Positions 47,148 through 58,350 of a DNA stretch of 64,000 bases are shown one piece after another. The notes beneath the pieces were generated by a model. That model searched no databases and had not been told where the DNA came from. It was given only the letters and a program-made list of their open reading frames with translations. Origin of the DNA: Escherichia coli (GTDB lineage: Bacteria; Pseudomonadota; Gammaproteobacteria; Enterobacterales; Enterobacteriaceae); the NCBI RefSeq assembly GCF_046105845.1, contig NZ_CP151004.1. The stretch is one strand, 5' to 3'. Numbering within the stretch: the first letter of the stretch is position 1; every line of letters begins with the position of its first letter. The translations under genes and the position numbers were made by a program.

Positions 47148-47864
47148 ATGAATGAATTTTTTCCTTTAGCAAGCGCCGCCGGGATGACCGTCGGCCTTGC
47201 CGTTTGTGCATTGATTGTCGGGCTGGCGCTGGCGATGTTCTTTGCGGTATGGGAGTCGGCAAAATGGCGTCCTGTCGCGTGGGCAGGTTCAGCGCTGGTA
47301 ACCATTCTGCGTGGCCTGCCAGAAATTCTGGTGGTGCTGTTTATCTATTTTGGCTCCTCGCAGCTGCTGCTGACGCTTTCGGATGGCTTCACTATCAATC
47401 TTGGGTTCGTGCAGATCCCGGTGCAGATGGACATTGAGAACTTCGACGTTAGCCCGTTCCTTTGTGGTGTCATCGCTCTGTCGCTGCTGTATGCCGCCTA
47501 TGCCTCGCAAACGCTGCGCGGCGCGTTGAAAGCGGTGCCGGTGGGCCAGTGGGAATCTGGTCAGGCGCTGGGGCTGTCGAAATCGGCTATCTTTTTCCGT
47601 CTGGTGATGCCGCAGATGTGGCGTCATGCGCTGCCTGGTCTCGGTAACCAGTGGCTGGTGCTGCTGAAAGATACCGCGCTGGTCAGTTTGATTAGTGTGA
47701 ATGATTTAATGCTGCAAACCAAAAGCATCGCTACCCGTACCCAGGAACCGTTTACCTGGTACATTGTGGCGGCGGCGATTTACCTGGTGATCACCCTGCT
47801 CAGTCAGTACATTCTCAAACGCATTGACCTGCGCGCGACACGTTTTGAGCGGAGGCCCAGCTAA
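47148..47864 (+). CDS. artQ: Arginine ABC transporter permease ArtQ
   Basis: 238 aa; polytopic membrane protein. Confidence 0.95.
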
Positions 47865-48532
47865 TGTTTGAGTATTTACCCGAACTGATGAAAGGGCTGC
47901 ACACCAGCCTGACGCTAACCGTTGCCTCGCTGATTGTGGCACTGATTCTGGCATTGATTTTTACCATCATCCTGACACTGAAAACGCCGGTACTGGTGTG
48001 GCTGGTGCGGGGTTATATCACGCTGTTTACCGGTACGCCGCTGCTGGTGCAGATCTTCCTGATTTATTACGGGCCGGGCCAGTTCCCGACGTTGCAGGAG
48101 TATCCGGCACTGTGGCATTTGTTGTCAGAACCGTGGTTATGTGCGCTGATTGCGTTATCGCTGAACAGTGCGGCGTATACCACGCAGCTGTTTTACGGTG
48201 CAATTCGTGCGATCCCGGAAGGTCAGTGGCAGTCCTGTAGCGCCCTGGGAATGAGCAAAAAAGATACGCTAGCGATCCTGCTGCCGTATGCCTTTAAACG
48301 CTCGCTCTCTTCTTATTCCAACGAAGTGGTGCTGGTGTTCAAAAGTACCTCTCTGGCTTACACCATTACGCTGATGGAAGTGATGGGATACAGCCAGTTG
48401 TTGTACGGACGCACCTACGATGTCATGGTGTTCGGTGCGGCAGGGATTATTTACCTGATTGTTAACGGTCTGTTGACGCTGATGATGCGTCTGATCGAGC
48501 GCAAAGCACTGGCATTCGAACGGCGGAATTAA
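47864..48532 (+). CDS. artM: Arginine ABC transporter permease ArtM
   Basis: 222 aa; start overlaps the artQ stop. Confidence 0.95.
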   Translation: MFEYLPELMKGLHTSLTLTVASLIVALILALIFTIILTLKTPVLVWLVRGYITLFTGTPLLVQIFLIYYGPGQFPTLQEYPALWHLLSEPWLCALIALSLNSAAYTTQLFYGAIRAIPEGQWQSCSALGMSKKDTLAILLPYAFKRSLSSYSNEVVLVFKSTSLAYTITLMEVMGYSQLLYGRTYDVMVFGAAGIIYLIVNGLLTLMMRLIERKALAFERRN

Positions 48533-48549
48533 TGTAGCTGCGTGCTGAT

Positions 48550-48587
48550 GCCGGATGCGTCGTGGACGTCTTACCCGACCTGCATAG
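48550..48587. repeat. Degenerate REP-like element
   Basis: gccggatgcgtcgtggacgtcttacccgacctgcatag partly matches the REP consensus. Confidence 0.4.
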
Positions 48588-48606
48588 TGCATAAATTCTT
48601 ATAATG

Positions 48607-48642
48607 AAGACGGACAACTCACTAAGTTGTCCGTCTTTTTTA
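48607..48642 (+). terminator. Rho-independent terminator after artM
   Basis: Hairpin gaagacggacaact-cact-aagttgtccgtct followed by a T6 run. Confidence 0.7.
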
Positions 48643-48756
48643 TTTCATTTAAATTATTTAATCATATTTATTGCATATAAATTCACTTGATGGCATTGTT
48701 ATCCCATGCCGCAGACACGGCCAAAAATCATAAGATTGACAGACGGGAGTTCCATC

Positions 48757-49488
48757 ATGAAAAAGTTAGTTCTTGCCGCTTTACTTGCTTCCTTTACTTT
48801 CGGTGCTTCTGCCGCAGAGAAAATCAATTTTGGCGTTTCAGCCACCTATCCACCCTTTGAATCTATAGGTGCTAATAATGAGATTGTCGGCTTTGATATC
48901 GATCTGGCAAAAGCCTTGTGCAAACAAATGCAGGCAGAATGTACTTTTACTAATCACGCGTTCGACAGCCTGATCCCGTCACTGAAATTCAGAAAATATG
49001 ACGCCGTAATCTCCGGTATGGATATCACCCCGGAGCGTAGCAAACAGGTATCGTTTACCACGCCCTACTATGAAAACTCAGCCGTCGTGATTGCCAAAAA
49101 AGATACCTACAAAACGTTTGCCGATCTGAAAGGCAAACGTATTGGGATGGAAAACGGTACTACGCACCAGAAATATATTCAGGATCAGCACCCGGAAGTG
49201 AAAACTATCTCCTATGACAGTTATCAGAATGCCTTTATCGATCTGAAAAATGGTCGTATTGATGGGGTATTTGGTGACACAGCGGTGGTTAATGAATGGC
49301 TGAAAACCAACCCGCAACTGGGCGTTGCGACTGAAAAAGTGACCGATCCGCAATACTTCGGCACCGGCCTGGGTATCGCTGTACGTCCGGATAACAAAGC
49401 TCTGCTGGAAAAACTGAATAACGCGCTGGCAGCAATTAAAGCTGACGGTACATATCAGAAAATCAATGACCAGTGGTTCCCACAGTAA
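48757..49488 (+). CDS. artJ: Arginine-binding periplasmic protein ArtJ
   Basis: ORF 48706..49488; start at internal ATG gives MKKLVLAALLASFTFGASA, 243 aa. Confidence 0.95.
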   Translation: MKKLVLAALLASFTFGASAAEKINFGVSATYPPFESIGANNEIVGFDIDLAKALCKQMQAECTFTNHAFDSLIPSLKFRKYDAVISGMDITPERSKQVSFTTPYYENSAVVIAKKDTYKTFADLKGKRIGMENGTTHQKYIQDQHPEVKTISYDSYQNAFIDLKNGRIDGVFGDTAVVNEWLKTNPQLGVATEKVTDPQYFGTGLGIAVRPDNKALLEKLNNALAAIKADGTYQKINDQWFPQ

Positions 49489-49495
49489 GATTCAG

Positions 49496-49519
49496 AAAGC
49501 CGCACCTGCGGCTTTTTTA
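49496..49519. terminator. Bidirectional terminator between convergent artJ and rlmC
   Basis: Hairpin agccgca-cc-tgcggct flanked by A and T runs. Confidence 0.7.
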
Positions 49520-50644
49520 TTGCTTCACCAGCAGCGTCAGCACTTCATAGTGCGCGGTGTGCGGGAACATATCAAAAAGCTGTACCCGTTCGATGCGGTA
49601 ACCTGGCAGTTCGCGGATATCTTTCGCCATGGTTTGGGCGTTACAGCTGGAGTAGATAATAAAACGCGGTGCCATCGTTGAGAGATAATCACACAGCGGT
49701 TTACCAATGCCGCGGCGCGGCGGGTTAACCAGCACCAGCTCCGGCACTTCCCCCTGGGCGGTGGCAAACTGAGTGGAGTCCAGCGCCTGAAATTGCAAAC
49801 GCGTTAAGCCCAGTTCAGCAGCTGACTGATTCGCACAGGCAATGGCCTCTGGTGCAATTTCGATCCCGGTTAACTGCATGTCAAGCGTCGCGCAGTGTAA
49901 ACCAAAGCCCCCCACGCCGCAGAAGAGATCCCACATATGGTTTACCGGTAGTTGCCGCACCCAGTAGCGCGCGGTAGCGTAAAGCTGGCTGGCGACCGCC
50001 GGATTGGTCTGGAAGAAACTTTGCGGACGGATCCACAGCGGTACGTCGTTAAAACGCTCTGCCAGCGCCTGTTGTTCGGTCAGGTAGATCTCCGTCTCCC
50101 CTTCCATGATCGCCATATGTACCGGCTGAATATTGACGGTAATAACTTTTAGCTGCGGCAGTTGTTCCTGTAACCACGGCAGCGCCTTACGCAGTTGCGC
50201 CAGTTTGGTTTCAGAACGCAGTACAAAGCGCAGCATCATACCGCCATCGCTCTGGCTTTCGGTCAGCAGAATGTATTTCAGTTCGCCACGTTTGCGCGCC
50301 ACGTTGTAAGGCGTAAGCCCGGCGCGAGCAATAAATGGTTTCAGTGCCGCAAAAACGGGCGCAAATGAGGCAGGATAAAGCGGGCAGTCACAAAGGTCTT
50401 CCGGTGTGCCGTCTCGATGCAGCATACCGAGCAGTGGTTTTTCAACGCTACCACTCACCACCATTTTGGCTTTATTACGAAACCCTTGTTCCGGACCTGA
50501 CACCGGCGCGCACCATTCCTCAACCGGAAAGTCGGCGAGCAGATTTTTAAGATCGGCGGTTTTAGCGGAGAGTTGCTCTGGAATCGGCTGCGTTATCCAC
50601 TGACAGGAACGACAGCGACCCGCGTCGTAAAGTGCGCACTGCAT
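49517..50644 (-). CDS. rlmC: 23S rRNA (uracil747-C5)-methyltransferase RlmC
   Basis: 375 aa; N-terminal Cys cluster ([14 protein letters not shown]) and SAM-dependent MTase fold. Confidence 0.9.
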   Translation of the reverse strand: MQCALYDAGRCRSCQWITQPIPEQLSAKTADLKNLLADFPVEEWCAPVSGPEQGFRNKAKMVVSGSVEKPLLGMLHRDGTPEDLCDCPLYPASFAPVFAALKPFIARAGLTPYNVARKRGELKYILLTESQSDGGMMLRFVLRSETKLAQLRKALPWLQEQLPQLKVITVNIQPVHMAIMEGETEIYLTEQQALAERFNDVPLWIRPQSFFQTNPAVASQLYATARYWVRQLPVNHMWDLFCGVGGFGLHCATLDMQLTGIEIAPEAIACANQSAAELGLTRLQFQALDSTQFATAQGEVPELVLVNPPRRGIGKPLCDYLSTMAPRFIIYSSCNAQTMAKDIRELPGYRIERVQLFDMFPHTAHYEVLTLLVKQ

Positions 50645-50684
50645 ACATTGACCTTCACATCATCAGGGGCGACGATTATACACA

Positions 50685-51173
50685 TTATTGCAACTGGAAG
50701 AACCGCCGACTAGTCGAGGGAACGAACAGCAGCATCAGGATGAGCATATCCGGCAGCTTCTGCAGCATCAGGCTATGGAAGATTTCACGTTTTGATTCAC
50801 CGGGAATGCTGAACAGCTCCGGATAACCATACCCCAGCGAAGCCGCCCACAAGTAACTTGCGGCCGTGATTTGTGTCAACAGATACAGCCAGCGCGCCCA
50901 GCGACGCCCTTTCACCAGTGAAAACGCACACCAGATCTCAATAAAAACCAACACCAGACTGCTTAAAAAGACCAGCGTTAAACTCCAGGTTTGTACGCTG
51001 CGATGAATGAACTCGCCAATACCGCGCACGCCCAGCGTATTGAAAATCATCAGCACGTCGAGGCCACGGATCATAATAATGGCGAGCGCCGCCACCTGCA
51101 CCAGCGCAGGCACATTCAGGCGAGCATGAGATGAAGATGTTTTCTTAAAAAATCCCAACGTTTCGTCTTCCAT
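50685..51173 (-). CDS. ybjO: Inner membrane protein YbjO
   Basis: 162 aa; hydrophobic; conserved position. Confidence 0.85.
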   Translation of the reverse strand: MEDETLGFFKKTSSSHARLNVPALVQVAALAIIMIRGLDVLMIFNTLGVRGIGEFIHRSVQTWSLTLVFLSSLVLVFIEIWCAFSLVKGRRWARWLYLLTQITAASYLWAASLGYGYPELFSIPGESKREIFHSLMLQKLPDMLILMLLFVPSTSRRFFQLQ

Positions 51174-51232
51174 GAAAACAATGCCGCGACATGCGCGGCA
51201 TTATGTAGCCAGGTTGGCAAATTTTAGTGTCT

Positions 51233-52078
51233 TCAGCCACGTCTTGCACGCTGGATGTCGCGTATCCGCTGTTTTTCTGCGCGAGCCATCAGATACCAGG
51301 CGATAAATCCGACAATTCCGACCGCGCCGAGGATCAATGTTGCCAGGGCGTTGATTTCCGGATTCACCCCCATCCGCACGCTGGAAAAGACCAGCATCGG
51401 TAACGTGGTGGCTCCCGGCCCGGAAACAAAGCTGGCGATCACCAGATCATCAAGCGACAAAGTAAAAGCCAGTAACCAGCCAGAAATGATCGCGGGCATG
51501 ATCATCGGTAGCGTAATGACGAAAAACACTTTCAGCGGCGTCGCACCGAGATCCATCGCTGCTTCTTCTATCGAGCGATCCAGTTCCCGCAATCTTGAAG
51601 AAATAACGACTGCCACATAAGCCGTACAGAAAGTGACATGCGCCAGCCAGATGGTGAGCATACCGCGGTCCGCAGGCCAGCCAATGGCATGAGCAAGCGC
51701 GACGAATAACAACAATAGCGACAAGCCCGTGATGACATCTGGCATCACCAGCGGCGCGGTGATCATAAAGGCAAAACCATTTGATCCGCGAAATCTGCCA
51801 AAGCGCACCAGCACGACCGCCGCAATCGTCCCGAGGATCGCCGCCGCCGTCGCCGCACAGGCAGCAATTGTCAGGCTTAAACCAACCGCACTCATCATCG
51901 CGTCATCGCGCAATAATTCGCCATACCAGCGCGTTGACCAGCCGGCCCACACCGTCACCAGCTTCGAGCTGTTGAATGAATAGATCACCAGCATCAGCAT
52001 TGGCGCGTAGAGAAAGGTGAAGCCCAGCAGCAAAATCATAATCCGCCAGGGCGAACGAACTACCGGTAAATTATTCAT
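51233..52078 (-). CDS. potI: Putrescine ABC transporter permease PotI
   Basis: ORF 51233..52120; start at internal ATG gives MNNLPVVRSPWRIMILLLGF, 281 aa; ATGA overlap with potH stop. Confidence 0.95.
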   Translation of the reverse strand: MNNLPVVRSPWRIMILLLGFTFLYAPMLMLVIYSFNSSKLVTVWAGWSTRWYGELLRDDAMMSAVGLSLTIAACAATAAAILGTIAAVVLVRFGRFRGSNGFAFMITAPLVMPDVITGLSLLLLFVALAHAIGWPADRGMLTIWLAHVTFCTAYVAVVISSRLRELDRSIEEAAMDLGATPLKVFFVITLPMIMPAIISGWLLAFTLSLDDLVIASFVSGPGATTLPMLVFSSVRMGVNPEINALATLILGAVGIVGFIAWYLMARAEKQRIRDIQRARRG

Positions 52079-53019
52079 CCGTGTTCTCCCACGCTTTTTT
52101 GCTGATGCTTGTGGAACCACATTATCGGCACAATTAGCAGCAGCAACATGATGATCGCTACCGCCGAGGCCACCGGCCAGTCGCGGTTATTGAAAAACTC
52201 CTGCCACAGCACGCGCCCGATCATGATGCTGTCCGGGCCACCGAGCAGTTCAGGGATCACAAACTCGCCCACCGCCGGGATAAACACCAGCATCGATCCG
52301 GCAATAATCCCGCCTTTGGTCAGCGGCACGATCACAGTAAAGAACGTTTTCAGCGGTCGTGCACCGAGATCCAGTGCAGCTTCCACCAGCGAATAATCAA
52401 TACGAATCAACGCGGTATAAATCGGCAGCACCATAAACGGCACGTAGGCGTAAACAATGCCAATATAAACTGCCAGATTGGTATGAAGAATGGTCAGCGG
52501 TTGATCGATAACCCCCAACCACAGCAGAAAGTTATTCAGCACGCCGTTATTTTTTAATATTCCCATCCAGGCATAAACGCGGATCAGAAACGAGGTCCAC
52601 GACGGCAGGATCACCAGTAGTAATAAGATATTACGGGTCGAGGGCTTACTGTGCGCCACCGCCCACGCCAGCGGATAGCCGATCAGTAAACAGCAAATAG
52701 TCGAAATCGCCGCCACCTGTAGCGACTGGAGATAAGCATCGAAATAGAGCGGATCGTCGGTCAGTTGCAGGAAATTACCGAGATTAAGAGTGATGGAAAG
52801 TTGCCCGTCAGCCCACTCCATCAGTTCGGTATAAGGTGGAATGGCGCGCGCCATCTCCGCCAGGCTTATTTTAAAAACGATCAGAAATGGCAGCAGAAAC
52901 AGCAGGATTAGCCAGATATAGGGCAGCGCAATCACCAGTTTGCGCCCATGCTTCATTTGCAACTGCGACAGCCACAGCTTAAAGGGTTTTGGCTGGGCAG
53001 CAGGTTCAAGTGTACTCAT
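52075..53019 (-). CDS. potH: Putrescine ABC transporter permease PotH
   Basis: 314-aa ORF; start may lie a few codons upstream at a non-ATG start. Confidence 0.9.
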   Translation of the reverse strand: MSTLEPAAQPKPFKLWLSQLQMKHGRKLVIALPYIWLILLFLLPFLIVFKISLAEMARAIPPYTELMEWADGQLSITLNLGNFLQLTDDPLYFDAYLQSLQVAAISTICCLLIGYPLAWAVAHSKPSTRNILLLLVILPSWTSFLIRVYAWMGILKNNGVLNNFLLWLGVIDQPLTILHTNLAVYIGIVYAYVPFMVLPIYTALIRIDYSLVEAALDLGARPLKTFFTVIVPLTKGGIIAGSMLVFIPAVGEFVIPELLGGPDSIMIGRVLWQEFFNNRDWPVASAVAIIMLLLLIVPIMWFHKHQQKSVGEHG

Positions 53020-53028
53020 CTTTGCTCC

Positions 53029-54162
53029 TTAAACCGTCAGCACCACACAGCTGTCCACTTCCCAGCACAAACGCACTTCGTCGCCCCAGGTCGGTAACCC
53101 TTTACGATGACGATGGGCGTTTTGTAGCTGGGCGCTAATCATCTGCCCACTTTTCAGACGAACGTGATACACCGAAAGATCGCCGAGATAGGCAATGTGT
53201 ATCACCTCCCCCACCGCAAAATTGTAGCCGTCAGCAGGCGGTTGATCGCAAAGCATGATTTTTTCCGGGCGCAGCGCCACATGTACCGGCACGTTATCGA
53301 CCACCGAAGCATCCGCATCGACTTTCAGTGGATGCACCAGCCCCGGCGAATAAAGCACCAGACCATCTTCCTGACGCTCTTTGAGTACACCTTCAAAGAC
53401 ATTAACCGAGCCAATAAATTCGGCGCTGTAGCGGGTGGTCGGATGCTCATAGATCTCTTCCGGTTCGCCAATCTGGACAAATTTCCCACGATTCATAATG
53501 GCGATACGCCCCGCCATGGTCATCGCCTCTTCCTGATCGTGGGTGACCATCACACAAGTCACACCGACACGCTCCAGAATATCCACCACTTCAAGCTGCA
53601 TCCGGTCACGCAGCTTTTTATCCAGCGCGCCCATCGGCTCATCGAGCAGTAATAGTTTCGGGCGCTTGGCAAGGCTTCGGGCCAGTGCCACACGCTGTCG
53701 CTGACCGCCGGAAAGCTGATGCGGTTTGCGTTTGGCGAACTCCTGCATATGCACCAGGCCGAGCATCTCATTGACCCGGCTGGCAATTTCCGCTTTCGGC
53801 AATTTGTCCTGTTTCAGGCCAAAAGCGATATTCTGTTCCACGGTCATATGCGGAAACAGCGCGTAAGACTGAAACATCATATTGATGGGGCGCAGGTAAG
53901 GCGGAACCTGTGACAAATCGACGCCATCAAGCATTATCTGTCCGGCAGAAGGTTGTTCGAAACCTGCCAGCATACGCAGCAGCGTGGACTTGCCACAGCC
54001 GGATGCGCCCAGCAGCGCGAAGATTTCACCTTTGTAGATGGTCAGGCTGACATCATCCACTGCATGTTGACCATCGTAGGATTTGGTGAGGTTGCGGATT
54101 TCTAATAGCGGCGTCAGCGCCTTACGGGTTTTCGCCTGCGGGCGAGGGATAGCGTCATTCAC
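53029..54162 (-). CDS. potG: Putrescine ABC transporter ATP-binding protein PotG
   Basis: 377 aa; Walker A GASGCGKST, signature LSGGQRQR. Confidence 0.95.
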   Translation of the reverse strand: MNDAIPRPQAKTRKALTPLLEIRNLTKSYDGQHAVDDVSLTIYKGEIFALLGASGCGKSTLLRMLAGFEQPSAGQIMLDGVDLSQVPPYLRPINMMFQSYALFPHMTVEQNIAFGLKQDKLPKAEIASRVNEMLGLVHMQEFAKRKPHQLSGGQRQRVALARSLAKRPKLLLLDEPMGALDKKLRDRMQLEVVDILERVGVTCVMVTHDQEEAMTMAGRIAIMNRGKFVQIGEPEEIYEHPTTRYSAEFIGSVNVFEGVLKERQEDGLVLYSPGLVHPLKVDADASVVDNVPVHVALRPEKIMLCDQPPADGYNFAVGEVIHIAYLGDLSVYHVRLKSGQMISAQLQNAHRHRKGLPTWGDEVRLCWEVDSCVVLTV

Positions 54163-54290
54163 GGCTGCTCTCCGGCATTGAATGTGTGCAAGCGCACCAT
54201 AATGGTGCGAATTGCCGGCGGGTGTGGTGCGCCCGTCCGGCAGATTAATTTGTCGCAGAACGTCTATTGCTGGCTATCTGTAGGCTGGAA

Positions 54291-54345
54291 CCATCCCCTC
54301 GCCCCTTTGGGGAGAGGGTTAGGGTGAGGGGAAGCCCCGTCATAC
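54291..54345. repeat. GC-rich imperfect palindromic intergenic repeat (unclassified)
   Basis: atcccctcgcccctttggggagagggttagggtgaggggaagcc in the potG-potF gap. Confidence 0.35.
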
Positions 54346-54366
54346 CTGTTCAGCAATCTGAACTGA

Positions 54367-55479
54367 TTATTTTCCGCTCTTCACTTTGGTCCACGCGCGG
54401 GTGCGCACACGGTCGATTTTCGGATCCTGTACTTTCAGAGTGAACAGCTTCGCACGAACATCCGCAGGCGGGTAAATACCCGGGTTATCACGGACTTCCG
54501 CACTCACCAGCGGCGTAGCTTCTTTGTTAGCATTGGCATAGAACACATGGTCGGAAATATGCGCCACCACATCCGGGCGCAGCAGGTAATTCAGGAATTG
54601 ATAGGCTTCGTCTTTATTTTTGGCATCCGCAGGCATGGCGAAGACATCAAAGAACGCCATCGCCCCTTCTTTCGGAATCGAGAACGAGACATTAACGCCA
54701 TTCTTCGCTTCCTTCGCGCGGTTTGACGCCTGCCAGACATCGCCCGCCCAGCCAATAGCGACGCAGATATCGCCGTTTGCCAGGTCGTTAATGTATTGCG
54801 ATGAATGGAAATAACGAATGTTCGGGCGCAGCTTTAACAGCAGATCGGTTGCCGGTCCGGTGTAATCATCTGCTTTAGTGCTGTTGGGATCTTTACCGAG
54901 ATAATTCAGCACGGTAGCAAACACTTCTTCCGGTGCATCAAGGAAAGAGACGCCGCAGCTTTTCAGTTTTTCCAGATTTTCAGGTTTGAGGATCAAGTCC
55001 CAGCTATCGACGGGCACGTTTTCGCCCAGCACCGCTTTAACTTTATCGACGTTATAGCCAATCCCGGTTGTCGCCCACATATAGGGCATAGCAAATTTAT
55101 TATCCGGGTCGTGTTTGGCAACCAACTTCAGCAGTTCCGGGTCGAGATTCTTCCACTCCGGCAATTTGCTTTTATCCAGCGGCTGGAAAACTCCCGCAGT
55201 CAACTGGCGTTCAAGAAAGCTTGCTGACGGCACCACCAGGTCAAAGCCGGTGCTACCCGCCATTAATTTGCCTTCCAGTACTTCGTTAGAGTCGAAAACA
55301 TCGTAGACGACTTTAATACCGGTTTCTTTTTCAAAATTGGCCACCGTGTCCGGGGCGATATAATCAGACCAATTATAAATGTGGAGTGTTTTTTGTTCAG
55401 CCGCGAGCGTACCGACAGAGACGGCCATCAGAGCACCCGCAACCAGACCCGATAGCCATTTTTTATTTAAGGCGGTCAT
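54367..55479 (-). CDS. potF: Putrescine-binding periplasmic protein PotF
   Basis: ORF 54367..55629; start at internal ATG gives MTALNKKWLSGLVAGALMAVSVGTLA signal peptide, 370 aa. Confidence 0.95.
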   Translation of the reverse strand: MTALNKKWLSGLVAGALMAVSVGTLAAEQKTLHIYNWSDYIAPDTVANFEKETGIKVVYDVFDSNEVLEGKLMAGSTGFDLVVPSASFLERQLTAGVFQPLDKSKLPEWKNLDPELLKLVAKHDPDNKFAMPYMWATTGIGYNVDKVKAVLGENVPVDSWDLILKPENLEKLKSCGVSFLDAPEEVFATVLNYLGKDPNSTKADDYTGPATDLLLKLRPNIRYFHSSQYINDLANGDICVAIGWAGDVWQASNRAKEAKNGVNVSFSIPKEGAMAFFDVFAMPADAKNKDEAYQFLNYLLRPDVVAHISDHVFYANANKEATPLVSAEVRDNPGIYPPADVRAKLFTLKVQDPKIDRVRTRAWTKVKSGK

Positions 55480-55829
55480 ATCTCTTTCCTTCTGAAAGTT
55501 CGTTAACAAACGAACAAAAGTTGTCACACTGAAAGATATGCAATAAACGTGCATATTTTTTATCGGCGCGGTGTAAGAAAAGAGAACTCTCTCCCGGCCA
55601 GCACTGCTCGCTATATAAAAGCATCGCAAGAATAACTTTAGCCAGGGTTTGAGACTATAGCTCGGATTAAAAAACGGTATTTAACAAATTTTTATGCGTA
55701 TTTGCTCTATGTGATAAAGCCAAATCGGCACAAGAGAAGTGAAATAATCTTTAAGAAAAGGTTAAAAACAGCAGATAATTTTGCAGCACGCAGTCACTGC
55801 GGCAGCGACTGCGTACTCGAAAGGAGTTA

Positions 55830-56306
55830 TCAGTGGAGGAAATAGTTTTCGGTAACGTTGTTTTGCCCTTCATCGTCAGTCGGTAACAGCAGTTGATGGG
55901 CATTAGCTTCAAGAATGACCATCGAAATCTGCTCTTCGCTCTGACGCACGAACCATGCAAACTGCTCATAGGTTACGCCCTGCATAACGGATAAAGACTG
56001 GCAAACCACCAGCTTTGGCAGATTATCATCCTGCATATCAAGAAATGCTTTCACGGTCAGCGAACTGGCATTGATGGCTGATAAATCCGCCGCCAGCGGC
56101 AATACGGCTGAAGGTCGGACTTCCGCCATGGCAGAAAACAGGATCGTGTTATCGATCAGATCGATTTTGGCATCAAAGACACCGTCGAAATTCTGCATAT
56201 GGGGCAGATGCAGAGCCTGACAGTTATCACATTCAAAAAAACTCATCCCCAGGTCATCGAGCCATTGACGCAACGTATCCAGACCAGGAACGACCAGCGA
56301 TGTCAT
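55830..56306 (-). CDS. ybjN: YbjN (putative sensory transduction regulator family)
   Basis: ORF 55830..56354; start at internal ATG gives MTSLVVPGLDTLRQWLDDLG, 158 aa. Confidence 0.85.
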   Translation of the reverse strand: MTSLVVPGLDTLRQWLDDLGMSFFECDNCQALHLPHMQNFDGVFDAKIDLIDNTILFSAMAEVRPSAVLPLAADLSAINASSLTVKAFLDMQDDNLPKLVVCQSLSVMQGVTYEQFAWFVRQSEEQISMVILEANAHQLLLPTDDEGQNNVTENYFLH

Positions 56307-56393
56307 AATTTTGTACAACCTCTTTCGATAAAAAGACCGGCACAGCTTACGCAAAAAGCGCAGGCAAAACCATGATCAGTAATGTGATTGCGA

Positions 56394-57296
56394 CTAACCA
56401 CCCGTTTTCAGGCAATATTCGGTCGTAGCGTGGCGTTCGATCCAGCGGATCATTTTACCCGCGATGTCGATACCGGTGGTTTTTTCTATTCCTTCCAGCC
56501 CCGGCGACGCATTCACCTCCATCACCAATGGCCCGCGATTAGCACGCAGAATATCCACACCAGCAACGTCCAGCGCCATCGTTCGCGCGGCTTTTATCGC
56601 GATTTCACGCTCCTGTGGTGTGATACTGGCGACGCTTGCCGCGCCGCCACGATGCAAATTGGAACGAAAATCGCCCTCTTTCGCCCGCCGTTCAATCGCC
56701 GCGACCACTTCATCCCCAACAACCAGGCAGCGGATATCGCACCCTTGCGCCTCTTTGATATATTCCTGCACCAGAATATGCGCGTTCAGACCGCGAAAGG
56801 CGTCAATCACGCTTTCCGCCGCCTGACGCGTCTCCGCCAGCACGACACCAATTCCCTGCGTACCTTCAACCAGCTTAACCACCAGCGGCGCACCACCGAC
56901 CATGTCGATTAAATCGCTGGTATCATCCGGCGAATGCGCAATGCCCGTGACAGGCAGGTCGATGCCCTGACGCGCCAGCAGTTGCATGGAACGCAATTTG
57001 TCACGCGCCCGGGCAATGGCGACCGACTCATTGAGCGGATAGCTCCCCAGCATCTCGAACTGGCGCAGTGCCGCCGTCCCATAAAAGGTAATGGCGGTGC
57101 CAATACGCGGGATCACAGCGTCAAAATGGGGTAACTTGCGGCCTTTGTAGTGAATAGAAGACGCCGCAGGATTTATGTTCATGTAGCAAGAAAGCGGATC
57201 AAGAATTTCAACCAGGTGACCGCGCTGTATAGCGGCTTCACGCAGCCGCTTACACGAATAGAGCGTTCCATCCCGGGACAATATGGCAATTTTCAC
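56394..57296 (-). CDS. rimK: Ribosomal protein S6 glutamate ligase RimK (ATP-grasp)
   Basis: 300 aa; recognised as RimK. Confidence 0.95.
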   Translation of the reverse strand: MKIAILSRDGTLYSCKRLREAAIQRGHLVEILDPLSCYMNINPAASSIHYKGRKLPHFDAVIPRIGTAITFYGTAALRQFEMLGSYPLNESVAIARARDKLRSMQLLARQGIDLPVTGIAHSPDDTSDLIDMVGGAPLVVKLVEGTQGIGVVLAETRQAAESVIDAFRGLNAHILVQEYIKEAQGCDIRCLVVGDEVVAAIERRAKEGDFRSNLHRGGAASVASITPQEREIAIKAARTMALDVAGVDILRANRGPLVMEVNASPGLEGIEKTTGIDIAGKMIRWIERHATTEYCLKTGG

Positions 57297-57356
57297 CCTG
57301 CACCTCTCTGTCAGACCTGGTCAAAAGCCCGCGTATCATACATCGGCGTGGCGGTT

Positions 57357-58079
57357 TTAGCGCGTCGCCCAACCCTGTTTGTGCAAATAATCCAGTATAA
57401 ATGGGCGGCTTTCTTTAATGATTGTTCGGCGGATATGATCGCTCCAGGTATCCCGGCGATTATTGCTGCCACGTGTGAGGTAATATTCCGCCAGTTGTTC
57501 GTCATACTGCGCCAGTGCGTCTTTATCCAGCGGTTGATAGTTGTTTTCATGCACCAAAATGGAGGCCGGTAAACGCGGCTTAAGATCCGGATTATCCGCA
57601 GGCCAGCCAAGGCACAGCCCAAACAGCGGCAGAACATGCTGCGGTAATTTCAGCAGTTCCGTCACCGCTTCAATATTATTGCGCAGGCCGCCGATATATA
57701 CCCCGCCCAATCCCAGCGATTCCGCTGCGGTTAACGCATTCTGCGCCATCATTGCTGTATCAACGACACCGAGCAACAGTTGCTCCGCCAGGCCAAGTTG
57801 TGCATCCGGACAGATCTGTAAATGGCGGTTAAAGTCGGCACAGAACACCCAGAACTCCGCCGCTTGCGCTACGTGTTTTTGCCCGCCGGTCAGCGTCACC
57901 AGTTCATCACGTAACGCTTTGTCGGTAATGCGAATAATGCTACTGCACTGCAAAAAACTGGAACTGGACGTCGCACGGGCGCTGTTAATAATCGCCTCAC
58001 GCTGCGCTTCGGAAATGGGTTCATCAGTGAAATGGCGAATGGAGCGATGGCCACAAATAAGTTCAATGGTTGGCGTCAT
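57357..58079 (-). CDS. nfsA: Oxygen-insensitive NADPH nitroreductase NfsA
   Basis: 240 aa MTPTIELICGHRSIRHFTDEPISEAQREAIINSARA... Confidence 0.95.
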   Translation of the reverse strand: MTPTIELICGHRSIRHFTDEPISEAQREAIINSARATSSSSFLQCSSIIRITDKALRDELVTLTGGQKHVAQAAEFWVFCADFNRHLQICPDAQLGLAEQLLLGVVDTAMMAQNALTAAESLGLGGVYIGGLRNNIEAVTELLKLPQHVLPLFGLCLGWPADNPDLKPRLPASILVHENNYQPLDKDALAQYDEQLAEYYLTRGSNNRRDTWSDHIRRTIIKESRPFILDYLHKQGWATR

Positions 58080-58350
58080 TATCTTTTTCTCTTTCTGAAC
58101 GTGAATATTGCGGTGGACGGTTCATCAGCTGTGGGGCAAGACGTTTTGCCACCTGAAGAATAACCACCACCGCAGCGGGAAGCATGAGCAAAACACCGAG
58201 AAAAATCATCAGAATCTGCACTTCTGGCCGAGAAAATGGCTCAGGCAGCGACAGGGAGCCGCTTACCGACAGCAGCGCCACCGCCAGCAACATCATTCCG
58301 ATAAATTCCAGTATCAACACGCTTGTAGGCAATTTACCGATCGCGCGCAT
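58063..58350 (-). CDS. ybjC: Small membrane protein YbjC
   Basis: 95 aa, hydrophobic; stop overlaps the nfsA start. Confidence 0.8.
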   Translation of the reverse strand: MRAIGKLPTSVLILEFIGMMLLAVALLSVSGSLSLPEPFSRPEVQILMIFLGVLLMLPAAVVVILQVAKRLAPQLMNRPPQYSRSEREKDNDANH

